Shown: one piece after another, positions 28,227-41,919 of the stretch
Position numbering within the stretch: the stretch's first letter is position 1
Layout of the letters: each line of letters begins with the position of its first letter
From: Eledone cirrhosa
Taxonomy: Eukaryota
Length of the DNA stretch: 64,000 bases
NCBI GenBank assembly: GCA_964016885.1
Contig: OZ024745.1
Coordinates: 91,140,001-91,204,000 of the forward strand
Direction of reading: 5' to 3'
Made by a program: the position numbers and the translations under genes
Notes under the pieces: model-generated
Databases searched by the model: none
The model's input: only the letters and a program-made list of their open reading frames with translations
What the model was told of the DNA's origin: nothing

Positions 28227-29430
28227 CTAGCTGGCCCGTCCGGCTGGCGCCTGGCTAGGTATACCAGCATTTTATCTTTTCAGGAATCCCCCCTCCACTG
28301 CAGTGCAAAGATACCGCCCTCTCAAGTCAGCAAGGAGGGGGGGGGGGGGGCTAACGTGCTCTGATGTTGGGCTTGAATAGTTTTTAGGATTCCCCAGTTC
28401 AGCAGCCAGTACGTTAAAGAAAATTGATAGTTACAACAATGAAGGCTGAACAGAGAACACATTTTTTAACAAACAATAATTTGTACAACCATAATGGAAA
28501 TTCCAAGTAACAGAAAATATTTAAATTACATTGTTAGAGCCTCAGAGTACACAATATTTTTTGTTCGGTCCTCCGGAGCAAAGATGAAGAGATTGTTTGG
28601 CGAGTTCACCCTAGAGCATCCTACATACAATTGACCATGGGAGAATCACTGATTTCGTAGCTCATCTCATGGAGAAGCTTTGTAGACGTTGACCTCTGGA
28701 CACTCCTGTCAGGAGCAGGTAAGCTGTAGTGACTTAGAGGCCTACCACCAATCTCCAGGACACTGTTTTCAAGACAAATGAGTGCCTCATTGAAAACGAC
28801 ATGTATGTTACATTTGGATTGTGTCTGCGTGTGCGGTGGAGGATGTCCTCAGCTAGACTTTCATTGTGGTTGTTCCACAGTGTGAGAGGGTCAGCGAGAT
28901 CGCAGTTGTGCAGCATAATAGCAAAAGGTTTTCGCAGCTGAGAAGGGACTTTAGCAGTGGCTGCTTCTTGCAGGGTGAGGTGCCAATGGCTGTAATCGTG
29001 TAACATACCACGCATCTGGCAAGCCAAATGGTAAGTGGAACATTGATGGCCATTGATGGTTCTCAGATCTTGGAAAGACTGTGGTCCTCTAACCTTGAAC
29101 AGTAACAATAATGATAAGCTGTCTGTGCTTTTGTGAAATAAATAGGTTTTCGTGTATGCAAAAATATCTGTACACAAATATATATATTAAAATAACAGAT
29201 TAAAGTTTGAGCAAAGAATCGCTGCTTTCACCCTTAATGGGATCTTCTGAAACTAAAAAAAATCCATCTGTGAACGCAGAAGTAAATATTTCAAAAACGT
29301 TATCTAATGCAGACAGCCAGCTATGTATCTATCTAAAAAGACAGACTAAGAAAAAGAAGGGAATGTTGTGCGACATCATACGAAAAAGTGGTTTGTTACC
29401 TACATACGGCCGTCATCTCCATTAAACATA
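28227..29430 (-). mobile_element. Internally deleted Helitron with Rep/Helicase pseudogene fragments
   Basis: 28790-29110 VRGPQSFQDLRTING..LAC..RGML..PSQLR..LW (Rep-helicase linker); 28526-28663 FSHGQLYVGCSRV..TKNIVYSEAL (PIF1-type helicase motif VI and C-terminus); 3' hairpin plus CTAG at 28227. 5' limit approximate. Confidence 0.9.
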
Positions 29431-29799
29431 TTAGCTGTAGGACCTAATGTTTTTGTGGGACAGAAATAAATATCACCGCTTGCTTTAAATGGTGTCAAGA
29501 AGGTATATGGACGCAAACACAACACAAACTCTGGTTGACATGAGATTAAAGTAAAAATTTGCCCAAGATGGCATGCAGTGGATTGAACTCAAAATTACAC
29601 AGTTGCAAAGCAAATGCCTCTGCCAGAATATACAAATTTACAGTTAGACTTGGATCATGGGAGATGTTTTTATGGCAGATAATGCCATACCAGAAGTTGA
29701 TTACTCCCATGCAGCCTTTGGCATGATACTGTTGATAGACTCAGCTACAGCTCTTACAAACATGATATAGCTATAACTCAATAAGGGTGATCACCATAT

Positions 29800-29955
29800 C
29801 ACCACTTGCCTTCTAGAAATAGAAGCCAAATCTCCCTCAAATCACACACTACTGTCTTAAATAAAGGACATGTTTGATATCTTGGTCATGGCTGGAACAT
29901 CTTTGATGATAGGTCTGTTTAATCAAAGTTGATTTATGTCTAAACAAAACAATAA
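29800..29955 (+). mobile_element. Dispersed repeat 3' end with (AAC)n tail (unclassified SINE/LINE family)
   Basis: aaatctccctcaaatcacac..ggtcatggctggaa..ctaaacaa; related copies near 5460, 13530-13690, 34705-34900, 36245-36460, 41270-41445 and 52735-52920. Confidence 0.55.
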
Positions 29956-30432
29956 AGAAATCATATAGCAACAATAATCACACATACTAAATATATTTAC
30001 TTAAACACTTTCTCTTGTTAATTTTTCTCAAACTTTTGTTACCAATTGTGCTTTCATTTTGTCAGTTTCGTATTATGTTGGATTAGATTGTTTTGTAGAA
30101 ATTGTTGAAGCATAGATTGTTGGTTGATTAAACTATCAATGTTGAACATTACTGTTTCCTTTCCATTGACATTATAAGACTAGAGCTAAAAAGAACATAT
30201 CAAATTGGACATAAGTTGTTTCCAGTTGTTTGCTTTCATAAATACCTACAAATAAAATAACTTATTTTCAGTGACATTTAAATGGACTAAACAAATAATA
30301 ATAATAATTTTCATTTTATTGACAAAGAACAGCAACTTCTCTATAAAACAGATTATACTACACATAAACTTATACAAACATATTGGTTGTTGAAATTAAT
30401 TTTATATATACAAATATATATATATATATATA

Positions 30433-30877
30433 TCATCATCATCATCATCATCATCATTTTACGTCCGCTTTTCCCTGCTTGCAAGGGTGGGACGGGTCTT
30501 ATTCAGCACAGCATCTCTCCACTCGTCACGGTCCCTCGTCATCTCCACCGTGAGCTTCAATGATCTGAGGTCTGTTCTCACCACCTCCGCCCATGTTTTT
30601 CGTGGTCTACCTCTACCACATCTTCCTTCAACTGGCATTTCCTGGCACTTCTTCACCCATCGGTCATCCTCCATGCGCATCACATGTCCATACCACCTCA
30701 GTCTCCTCTCCCGTACACTACATTCTATCCCTCTCAGACACAGTTCCTCTCTCAACACATTTATGCTGGGTCGTTCACGCACATTTACACTGCACATCCA
30801 ACGGAGCATGCTTGCCTCAATTCTCTCCAGCCGTCGCATATCCTCTGCGGTTGCTGCCCATGTCTCACTACCATGCA

Positions 30878-30878
<1 letters not shown>
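30433..30878 (-). mobile_element. Young RTE LINE 3' fragment
   Basis: Open frame RRLRWYGHVMRMEDDRWVKK..GRGRPRKTW; (GAT)n tail; inserted in (TA)n. Confidence 0.9.
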
Positions 30879-30911
<33 letters not shown>

Positions 30912-30914
<3 letters not shown>

Positions 30915-31007
30915 CCTTGATAAGTTCAGCTAGATTCCTGCCGTTCTAATACTGCTGGCTTAGTTCGGATCTAGCTGTCGATACGGCCAGAGCTCAGCCG
31001 TCGGGGT
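30912..31007 (+). ncRNA. Type I hammerhead ribozyme, all three stems intact, core mutated (family C)
   Basis: ACCCC/GGGGT stem I, CAGCTAGAT/ATCTAGCTG stem II, CGGC/GCCG stem III, GUC site; core reads TTGATAA and GATA. Confidence 0.65.
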
Positions 31008-31044
31008 CCTGACTCTTTTCCCTATATATATATATATATATATC

Positions 31045-31320
31045 CTCATCATCATCATCATCACCGTTTTACGTCCGTTCTTCCACGCTAGCATGGGTTA
31101 GACAGGTTGTCCTGTTGTGTGCAGTGTCTGGTCGGCTGACCATGCCTTGCTCATACAGGAACTGATCTGGCTTGATTTCTACAGCTGGATGCCCTTCCTA
31201 ACACCAACCTCATTTACAGTGAGTGCTGGGTGCTTTTTTCCGTGGCGCCTACACGTCCACTTTACAGTGTGGGCTGGGTGCTTTTTTGTTGTGGCACCTC
31301 CACGACCACCTTGCAGTGGG
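31045..31320 (-). mobile_element. SINE family A-related, 5' truncated
   Basis: Reverse complement of family A body with two internal units; alternative RTE-type tail. Confidence 0.8.
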
Positions 31321-31556
31321 GGGGGGGGGCATATTGTCTATATGCTTCAGCTTGTACCCATGGGAGGTTGGGTACTCTGTATTACTGCGTGACGTCAGAG
31401 GTCACGGTCGTCTGTCATCGCCTTGGAGAGGTGTAATTGGGTAAGGTTGGCTTTTATCACCTCATCCCAGGTCATCTTGGGTCTCCCCACTCCATAAATA
31501 TATAATATAAAACGAAGAATCAGTGACGCATCTGCTACCATCATAGCTACCATCAG

Positions 31557-31597
<41 letters not shown>

Positions 31598-31599
31598 GC

Positions 31600-31740
31600 G
31601 TTCGATATAGATGATTCTTTTTGAATGAAACAGTTTCAGTCCTGTAGAAGCAATTTCTATATTAAACTTGATGTTTACACTCTATTAATGTATTGAGTAC
31701 CTTAAAAACTGTGGTTGCACCCGATTGAACTCAGGTCTCA
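31600..31740 (+). mobile_element. Family D short element (HHR-like)
   Basis: GATGA-TTC..GAA-TGAAAC..GTC-ctgtagaa and tattgagtacc; homologous to 1724-1898. Confidence 0.55.
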
Positions 31741-32659
31741 CACAGACAACATCAGTGGTGTGGAAAGAGGAGGTTAGTATGCATGGGTGACAGCTGGTCA
31801 TCCACAAACAACCTTGTCTAGACTTGTGCCTCAGAGGCAAACCTTCTAGGTTCAAATCCCATGGTCATTTGTGACCAAAGGGGTTCTTTACCCTATGTTA
31901 ATGTGTAACACTAAAGCTTTATATATGGTCAGCAAAATTCTCACATTGTGCCATCAACTGTTGATGGAGAGGTATTGGTGTTGTCAAGAAGAAATTTAGA
32001 TTTGAGATTAATATTGAACCTTTGAATTTTTATTATCACCCAGTGTGATGGTTTGTAATGTCTGCTGTCCAACATGAAAGAAAAAGATATCAGATAATTA
32101 CTGACTAGCAACTAATTCTTTGAAGGTGATGTGGCTGACTTAAAAATTAATTTCATTTATTAAAAGAAATGTAATTACACATTTAAAAAATATCATTTTA
32201 ATTAAAAAAAGAAAAATATATATATATTGGCGTAAGTTTACAAATTATTATCCAAATTAAACCAATGGCTTGTTAAATTTCTGTTAATTTCAATTTGTCT
32301 TAACTTAGACATGTATTTCCTGTTTGAATGTTGTAACTTGAGTTGGGACATTTGATATTATCTTAGTGATAAATTCTTAAAACAACATCTACATATTTTA
32401 GTTGGCCCATTGATTGCCTGTTAACAAGGAACTGAAAAACCATCTGGTTTGTGAGTAATACTATGATGGTAGTTATCTTCTAACATGTCTGACTGCATTA
32501 GGTCATGGCATTGCATTATGTATTTTAGTATATACTTCCGTATGTATCTCAGTTTTTGAAATAAGCCCACTGTATCTGTATCCCTCCATGTTACAAGAAG
32601 CGACTAAAAGGATTCACATAAAAAAGGCATCTGGCTATAAAACACTGTTGAGTGCTTTA

Positions 32660-32965
32660 ATTGTCTCTACCATTGGTCTTTTACAGGGAGTGTCCATTGC
32701 CTCAACAGATTAAGATCTGGTTTTGGGCATGCAAAAGCCAATCTGGCAAAATAGGGATATTTAAAGGATGGGGATGTTGTGTGAGACTGTGGCATCGAAC
32801 CACAGACTACACAGCACCTCCTGATATTCCCCCTGCTAGAGCACCCTTGCACAGCATTGGACTTGACAGAGTTTAATGAGAAAGGACAGCAATGTGTTAA
32901 GCCTGGCAGAACCACATCTAGCCAAGCTTTGTAGCTGATACTCTTGTGGACATGATAAGAAGAAG
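32660..32965 (+). mobile_element. Ingi/Vingi-like LINE 3' fragment
   Basis: LNRLRSGFG..LAK*GY..*DCG.EPQTTQHLL (decayed CCHC region) and gacatgataagaagaag tail. Confidence 0.65.
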
Positions 32966-35900
32966 TGAGTGTCTTACTGAAGAAATATCTGAGCTAATAT
33001 TTTACTCCCATGGTTGAGTCACCTCAATTTTTTATTTTTATTTTGAATAGATAAGGATAGGACATAGGTCTTTCTGCAGATCACTTCATGTATTATAAAG
33101 TTCCAACATTTCATCAGCATTGTTTTTCAGAGACATATGTAAAGAAAACTGCATAGACTTTGTTTATCTTTGTTCTATGCCTGTATTTCAGATTTTTTCA
33201 AAAATAGACAGTTAGCATAATGGTAATAAGATCAATCAGTCTGCTAGGAATAACAGAGAAATCTTCCTCAATTTACATCATGCAATCTTGGAGAAGGAAG
33301 GACACGTTTGCTAATATAGACCTGGATACATTATTTCTGAAAAAAAATGTGGTTTGCTGTTGGGATGACTGCTGGCTTAGAGTTAATGTGTTCATATATG
33401 TTCAGATATACACAGATACATTACAAGCAAATAATAATCAAAGTTTAATGCTTAACATACTTAACAACAACTAACCATTTCAAATGCCTAGATTTACATA
33501 TCTAACTGACTTAAAGAAATACCAAACAGATACATGACAAAGTAGCTCTATGTACATCATCTTCTTGAAAGTAGTCATATATTTATATGTATGTGTATTT
33601 ATATATAAATATAAATGTATGACTACTTTCAGGATATATATATATATGTGTGTGTGTGTGTTTGAGTGTCACAATGACTTCCTTTTTATAATAAAGGAAT
33701 TTATTACTACACTCTAATATACATATAAATACAAAAGTATTACGGCTTTCTAGAAAAGAATAATTTATGTAATTTTGTATCCATTGTTCTGTATAGTTCT
33801 CTAATTTGATTTGACTTCCTATAAATGTGTCTTCGTAAAGCGTTGAACTTTATGGAATTCTGTCTGCAACCCAGCAGAAATGTTGCCAGAGAGAAACAGC
33901 TGAATGGTTGATATAAAAATTGTAGATTAGAAACTTGGTTTTAAATGATATTTAGACAGTTCTTTCATATACATTCATACTCAATATTGAGTGACTGACA
34001 AGCAGAAACAATTCTATTGATAACTATTTGAGATTCATCTTGATCAATGAGATAAAACAATAACAGAATGAATCAATAATGAAATATGATAGTAAACATC
34101 ATAAACTCTCATGTCTGTTTATCTAGTGAGAAAGGATGATTAGTGTTAGGATGGATGTATAACCCCAAACACCATCCTACTGGTATGTTATCTATCTAAG
34201 ATGAAAGTAGCATCTTCTAATATATTTCAGCATGTTGAAAGAACATTTGCTATGGCATTATATTCTGTAGTCTTATTGTAATTTAGAAAATTATGCATTG
34301 ATAAATAATTTGTGAAACATGTTCATATATTTTTGTTAATATTGTAGCCACAAGAGGAAATGACGCCTCTATAATCCTTTTAATGACTCCCAATATTAAT
34401 GTAATGTAGGGATGAAGTTATTCTTAGGATGTTGTGGTGATGTTAAACTGGGTTATGGATTAGGTCTACCAACCAAGCACTGGGGAATAGGGAAGTAAAA
34501 AGTAAAATCAAGATCAGCTGTTGAAAGATTCAACTTGTAGTTTACCAAAATTCTTCCCTTTGCCTTTTCTTTTTCCTTGTTGTCCATCAGAGAATCAGAG
34601 ATTTCATAAGTAGATGCCAATAGCAACACTGGCATTTTGACACCCTGGTTCTTATTGCAGAAGCAATCAAAGCCCCATAGAAGAGACTTGGAACTTGAAA
34701 GTGTATGGTTGTTGTTGAATTAGCCTTAAGTCAGCCCTGATTAAAGACTTTCTGGCCATAATCATGTTTTCTTTTTATATTAGGCATAGTATATCTAGAG
34801 TTGCATTATACAAGGTGTCCTTTCTGTTTTAAGGTTTTAGGCTGTTATTTGAGGATGATTTGGCTATTACCTCTTGCAAGTCAAGCAGCAACAGAGAGGA
34901 AATGAAGTATGCATAAAATATATTTATGTATGAATATGTAATTTTAAAATGAAGAGAAACAAGGGTAAATGCTGAATGAGAAATATTAATATAGTAGTAA
35001 AAATCTACTTTATGTATCCAACAGAAGAGTCAGGTTAAGAGATCAAGGCAAGTAACCTAGGGAAGTAATTGATCACTTGAAGTCAGGACTAGTTCCCAAT
35101 ATACTAAATGTATTAGGCTATGTCAGTTGTCTCTCTCTCTCTCTCTCTCTCTCTCTTTTCAACATGTTATATGGTAAGGAAACACGAATGCTGGATGTGG
35201 AAGATCCGCAGAAAGTGAAGAAAAATGCATTGAATCAGATCTCCGCACTCCTATAAGGTGGAATACAAGAAAACAGACATGGTACTTGGGAACGATTTGA
35301 AGCATGTTGAAGAGGCACCTATGCTAGTATGAACATATAACCTGTATTGGTGTAACCTATAACCTATATTGGTGTAACCTATTTAATGAAGAAATTATAC
35401 TTTCTATAGGTCTTACAGAAAATGCTATACTATGCTGCAGACATGTGCAACCCACACAGAATATGAAAAAGTAGACATTAAAACTCAAATGATAAAGTTT
35501 TATAAGTAATTTTTATCCAGCAATGATAAAAAATAAAACGAGGAACTTGAGTTCAGATAAAGAAAAAATCTAACAAGCAAATAGTATTTCTTCAGACATT
35601 CTGCTGATTCCATTAATGAATATTCAAAGGAGGCAGATGGTTACAGCTATTTCAATTATTTTCCAGCCACAGTTCAACAAATCTCAAATGTTAGGAACTA
35701 TTAAAACCAATGACAACAACAACAGCAACTTATGGAGTCTTTTTTATATGTTCTGTCAAAGGAAATAGAGATTACCAGAATATCACAGAGAACTCACTGA
35801 ATCTGATGATTCCAAGTGACTGATTTACTATCTATTGCTTTATATATTTATTTATTTTTCTTTAACTAAAACCATTGGTGCAAGATGAAACTTCATGTCC

Positions 35901-37100
35901 TAGACAGACTATTAATATTTTTAACATCTACACGACTTTATTACATTGAAAGCTGGTTCTTACAAGAACCAATTTCCGAAAGTATTGTTTGATATGTTAT
36001 ATTTTTTAAAAATATTTGTTTGATAACTTTTCTCAAAAAAGAAGTTTTCTTGCCAACACTAGTAGAATTGCCAATTTTTAACCAGCTGTTGTTATATTTC
36101 TATGAAAATTTGTTAATTTTTTTTTCTTTGAATGTCAAAGGAATTAACCTACAGTGACTACAATTTGTAGATTAAGGTTGGTTATCAGAAAATGATAAAA
36201 TTTATAAAGTAGTTGGAAATCACAAGAAATATAAATTTATATCTGTTGTTGTTTAGTTCAGATCAGTCTTGATCTATCAGATTTGTGATCAAAGGCATTC
36301 TACTCACAAACATTCTTTTTTTCCAGACTTAATTTATCTAATATTCCATTATTCAATATATTCTTACTTTTAGAGATTATTAAGTGAGATTTGTTGGGAA
36401 GATTTAGCTGGTAATTCTGGCCGGCTGAGGGTGTGCATAGAGTTCCTTTTATTGGCTCATATACGAAATTATTTTTCTGGGCTTGGATAGAAGGGAAGAT
36501 ATATTATCAGCAGCATAAATAAGGGGATTCTAGACCATTTAACACCAGACTCTTTATAGCTATTCTTACTTTTTTATCATTAGCAAGTAACATCTACTCT
36601 CATCATCATCATCATCTTCATAACAAACATTTTACCATGCTGGCATGGGTTAAGTGGATTGTCACCTACTGTCCTCCTAAACAGGTTTGGGATCCACGTC
36701 TTGCTTCAATACATTGTGTTTTTGGTATGGTTCCCACAGCTGGAAGCCCTTCCTAATGCCAACAACTTTACAGTGTGCATTTTATCAGGTCACCAGCATG
36801 TGGGAGGTTACCATGTCCTTGGCATGACTGAAGAGCCCTCTCTACTCTTGTGGCATGGTTTCTGTGGCTGGATGACATTTCCAATGTCAACCACCTTACA
36901 AAAGTAAACTGGGTGCATTTTATCATAACTGCAGCACCAAAGAAATTGTTAGGTCCTTGATATGACGGAAGTATCCTTCCTAGCCAGTGAGTTGAATATT
37001 TTAGATTATGCTATTACTATACATGGATGAATTCAGGCTTGTATAATGATGGCGGTTCCAATTCTTTCCATGGTAGCTGTTAGACTATGGTGTGATTTAA

Positions 37101-37307
37101 CCTTTTAGCATTTAAACCGGCCGTATCCAGACAGAATTCTTTCAAACTGGCCAAAACCAGCTGCTCATACTTATATTAAGGTATTGTTCTCAAAATAGAT
37201 AATATTAAAATCTTGTAGATTTGATAATATGTGAGATAATCATATGACATAAATTGTTTACCATGAAAATACAATAGTAAATATAGAATAATGCAAATGC
37301 TAAAGGG
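37101..37307 (-). mobile_element. piggyBac-like MITE, complete
   Basis: TTAA TSDs 37097-37100 and 37308-37311; near-perfect TIRs. Confidence 0.85.
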
Positions 37308-38510
37308 TTAAACTCAGAATAGAAAGAACTAAAACAAATACCATAAGGCACTGAAATGATTTTGCTGCTCATGCCTTCAACTGTTATTTTATTTATCATT
37401 CCTCCAGAACACAAAGAACCAGAATATATACAGCAAGGTATTTCATCCAATGCTTAAATGCTTCTGTTAAATCACTGGCCTATTTTTTTTTTTTTTTTTT
37501 TTTAACTATTTCAAATCTTAGATACCTTTCAGTTTTTGTATCCACACAGTACAGAATGGGTAGATCAACAAAGTATAGAGTATGAATGAACATCTTATAC
37601 TTTCAGTCTAATTTATTCTGTATTTAATTTTGTTCCTTAAGATATAGATAGAAATAGAATGAAACTTCAGAGGAAACAACATATCAAGTCACTGAACAAT
37701 TGCTGATCAGAATATATATTTCTTTGTTTGTATTTGTGCAATATGTCAGGAAATATGAAATTTAATTTTGAAAACACTAACTTGTGTACTTTTATGTATG
37801 AACAGTTGAACAGTTGAAAGTAATTAAGTTCGAATATGAGAAAGTTAATATATGTACTGGTAAATGTATTTGCGCATTTGATATATATAAGAAAATCAAT
37901 AACTGAGAAAATATGTGTGTATTATGTATGTATGTATGTATCAACATATTTGTTTGCCAATCTGTATGGATAACAATTAGTAGCAAAGTCTGTTTATGTG
38001 TGTAGCATGTTATTCATGTGTAACTCCCTGACCATACACTGTATCATTAATACTGAGGCTTTATCAGTCCAATATCAATTTCTTTAATATTGATATTGAA
38101 CAAACAGAACAGATTATTGAAATGCTTTTCAATAAACCCTTTTTCTAGTATTCTAATTGACTCAATATTTGATTTCTGTACAGCATGTATAGTTAAATAT
38201 TGTTTGGCACTATGTTATTGAGTACATGAATATATTCTATTAACACCAAGTGATATTTAGTTAAATATTCAATATATAAATTTCTCATGTTGCTTATACG
38301 GTTAATCAAATCAATGTATGTACATTTATTGAGTAAATAGCAAACACTTAGAAACACTTATTTTCTTTATATAATAGAAAAAATATGACAAAATAAGTCA
38401 CTAAAGATTAATCCTTTGACTACCAAGCTTTTAAACATTTTATAGCCTCTACACAGGAATCCTGGTGCATTTATTGAGACATTCTTTCCATCTTTGTCTG
38501 ACTAAAATGT

Positions 38511-39413
38511 ACCAACTACACTGCTATGAACACTTTCATCCTCACCACTAACTACACTGCTATGAACACTTTCATCCTCACCACTAACTACACTGCTATG
38601 AACACTTTCTTCCTCACCACTAACTACACTGCTATGAACACTTTCATCCTCACCACTAACTACACTGCTATGAGCATTCTCATCTTCACCACTAACTACA
38701 CTGCTATGAACACTTTCTTCCTCACCACTAACTACACTGCTATGAACACTTTCATCCTCACCACTAACTACACTGCTATGAACACTTTCATCCTCACCAC
38801 TAACTACACTGCTATGAACACTTTCATCCTCACCACTAACTACACTGCTATGAACACTTTCATCCTCACCACTAACTACACTGCTATGAACACTTTCTTC
38901 CTCACCACTAACTACACTGCTATGAACACTTTCATCCTCACCACTAACTACACTGCTATGAGCATTCTCATCTTCACCACTAACTAGACTGCTATGAACA
39001 CTTTCTTCCTCACCACTAACTACACTGCTATGAACACTTTCATCCTCACCACTAACTACACTGCTATGAACACTTTCATCCTCACCACTAACTACACTGC
39101 TATGAACACTTTCTTCCTCACCACTAACTACACTGCTATGAACACTTTCATCCTCACCACTAACTACACTGCTATGAGCATTCTCATCTTCACCACTAAC
39201 TACACTGCTATGAACACTTTCTTCCTCACCACTAACTACACTGCTATGAACACTTTCATCCTCACCACTAACTACACTGCTATGAACACTTTCATCCTCA
39301 CCACTAACTACACTGCTATGAACACTTTCATCCTCACCACTAACTACACTGCTATGAACACTTTCATCCTCACCACTAACTACACTGCTATGAGCATTCT
39401 CATCTTCACCACT
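38511..39413. repeat. 36-bp minisatellite, about 25 copies
   Basis: Unit ACTACACTGCTATGAACACTTTCATCCTCACCACTA with three recurring variants. Confidence 0.97.
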
Positions 39414-40078
39414 CAGTTTAGAATAATTTTTACTTTCAAAATCCTTATTATTTCCTTAATAATCAACTTTTCACTTTACTCATTAGAATCTTATATTTGT
39501 GGTTACTACTTGATCAGTTGATAGTTTTCTCTGGGTTATTTTTTATGATGTAGAAATATCAGAAATGTTCATACAAAGTAGACATATTTCTTGTGGACTC
39601 TTCAGTTGTGTCATAAACGAGATACCTTCTTGGTATTGGTGATCTATATTTTAAACACACTCTACAGTCTGTAAAGTGGTTGGTGATAGGAAATGTATCC
39701 AGCCAAAGAAAACCTACTAAATAAAGGGTGAGGAGGAGTCTTCAGTTGTGTCAAAGAATACAATAAAGCATTCTATCTGGCATTTCATTAACACTACCCA
39801 TTCACTGCCCTGAAAATGTTAACCATAGTACTCATGGTATACCACAGGAATATAATATTATCAATATCAACCATTAATACATTTTATTATGCCAGTTTTA
39901 CTTATCTTTATTTAAGACTTGAACACTTGCATGTTTCCATTAATATAATATTAATAGATTTGATATCTCCCCAAATTCTACATATATTGGAAGCTCCACA
40001 AGTAATTGTCTTTATTTTTAAATATTTATTCACAATCTTTGCTCATCAAAGGAATATTTAGATAAACAAGTGTTTTAA

Positions 40079-40299
40079 CCCTTTAGCATTTACATTACTC
40101 CATATTTACCATTATATTTTCACAGTAAAGGCTTTGGCTCACATAATTATCTCACATGATATTGAATATATGATATTTGGATATTATTTTTGTTGAGAAC
40201 AATACCTTAACCTCAGTATGAGTGGCCAGCTACAGCTGGTTTGAAGAGAAAGAGGTGAGAGAATTCTGGCTGGATACAGCCAGTTTAAATGCTAAAGGG
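40079..40299 (+). mobile_element. piggyBac-like MITE, complete
   Basis: TTAA TSDs; perfect 14-bp TIR CCCTTTAGCATTTA. Confidence 0.9.
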
Positions 40300-41919
40300 T
40301 TAAGGCAATTTTCCGTGCTAAAGCAGGGATTAGTTTTGGGGTTCCTGTCGTGGAATCTGTGTTTGAGTCAGTGTTTTACAGCAGGATGCTCTTCCTGACA
40401 TTTAAACCAGTTATATTATTTGAATATTTATTCATTTATGTACAATTTGGTTTGAATTTTATGTATTCCTCACATTTGTGTATATACACATAAACATGTG
40501 GAAAAAATGAGTATAAAAATGAACCATTAATTATGTCTCAGTTTTGTTAAATCTTTGAAGTAGATATGTGGCAAATATAATGATATAAGAGAACTTACCT
40601 TTATATTACCACCTCATAATAATGGCAATAAATCAGGATAAATTACAAAAACCATAAAGCAACCACATCTTTCCCAAAGTGACCCTAATGGTTTTGTTAG
40701 AGTACTATCAGTAAAATATAATTCTATGTAATATGTTTATTTCAAGCAAAAACTATTCTCTGTTCTGTTTCATACCGTTACCATTCTCTCTTATACTTTA
40801 ATGCTGCTATGTCACTAGAGAATAGTAATTTTACATTATTTTCATTCATACTTCAATTTTAACAGGTTAATTTTCTTGACTTAAGTATATCTTACATAGA
40901 AAAGCAATTACAGTTAGTTAAGCTCTTTGAAGTTAATATTACCTGATGTCAGGCAGATGCAAAGAATGAGGGAATAAAATAAACGAGAGTGAATTGATTT
41001 CTAAATTATTCATACAATTTATAGCTGGTATCTTACTAGTTGGGCTGAAAATACACTGAGGTTACTGAATAAATCGTAAAAGCAAAATACTGATAACATT
41101 TCCAAAATTTAATAAAGAAACTAATTTATCATTTCACATACAAGGATAGTAATTTATAAAAATAAATTGGCAGAATAGAAATAATGAGGATTCTCACTAG
41201 AACACTCAGATTTAACTATTAAAGCAATTAATAAATAATGGAACATATACATGATTTTCTGACCTGCTAGATATAGCAACCAAATCTTGTTCAAATCACA
41301 AACTGCTGTCTTAAAAAGAACACAGACTGATTGGATGTGGTCCAAAATGTACTGTATTCAGAAGAAAGTCAGGATGGTCATGATTTGAATGCCTTTGATC
41401 ACATGTGGGCTCAGTCTGGGTTTATGTAGAGCTGAAAAACACACTTTGATATTATAATGATTGGTGCTTCAGTAGAGCAGAACACAAAAGATCTTCAAGA
41501 ATCTGCTTCAGAATCTGTTTCAGTATATGTTTATGGTTAATCTTGCTGTTTGAATGTTTGCCATTAAAACATGAAACATTCATTTAACGATTTTAAGTTT
41601 ACCAAATTTCACTCCTAAAGCTTGTCCTTGAGGTAGAAGACATTTTCCTAAGGTGCCTTGCAGTGGGATCAAACTGGAACTAAGTGGTTGCAAAATATAT
41701 CCTTAAAAAAATTTCCTAGCAATACTCCCATGCTTGTGTTTATATATGTTATATAACTGAAACTAAGTTATTGCAAAATATGTCCTTCAAAAGATTTCCT
41801 AACAATACTCCTATGCTTGTGCTTATATATATTATAGAATTAGTAACACATAAACTGGAATTTCTCTCTCTCTCTCTCCAAAATTGCTATTAAAAATCAG
41901 TATCATTTAAGTGCTGTTA

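Noticed and set aside
28734-29177. 147-aa ORF as a host gene
   Set aside because: Helitron Rep/Helicase fragment, frameshifted and internally deleted.
35165-35330. LYGKET-like RTE peptide remnant
   Set aside because: Too decayed to delimit confidently.
38511-39413. CRISPR array, or plus-strand MNTFILTTNYTA protein
   Set aside because: Repeats are contiguous with no spacers; the plus frame contains a TAG and its variants are all non-synonymous.
41678-41831. ~83-bp local tandem duplication
   Set aside because: Ordinary slippage-type duplication at the edge of a repeat.
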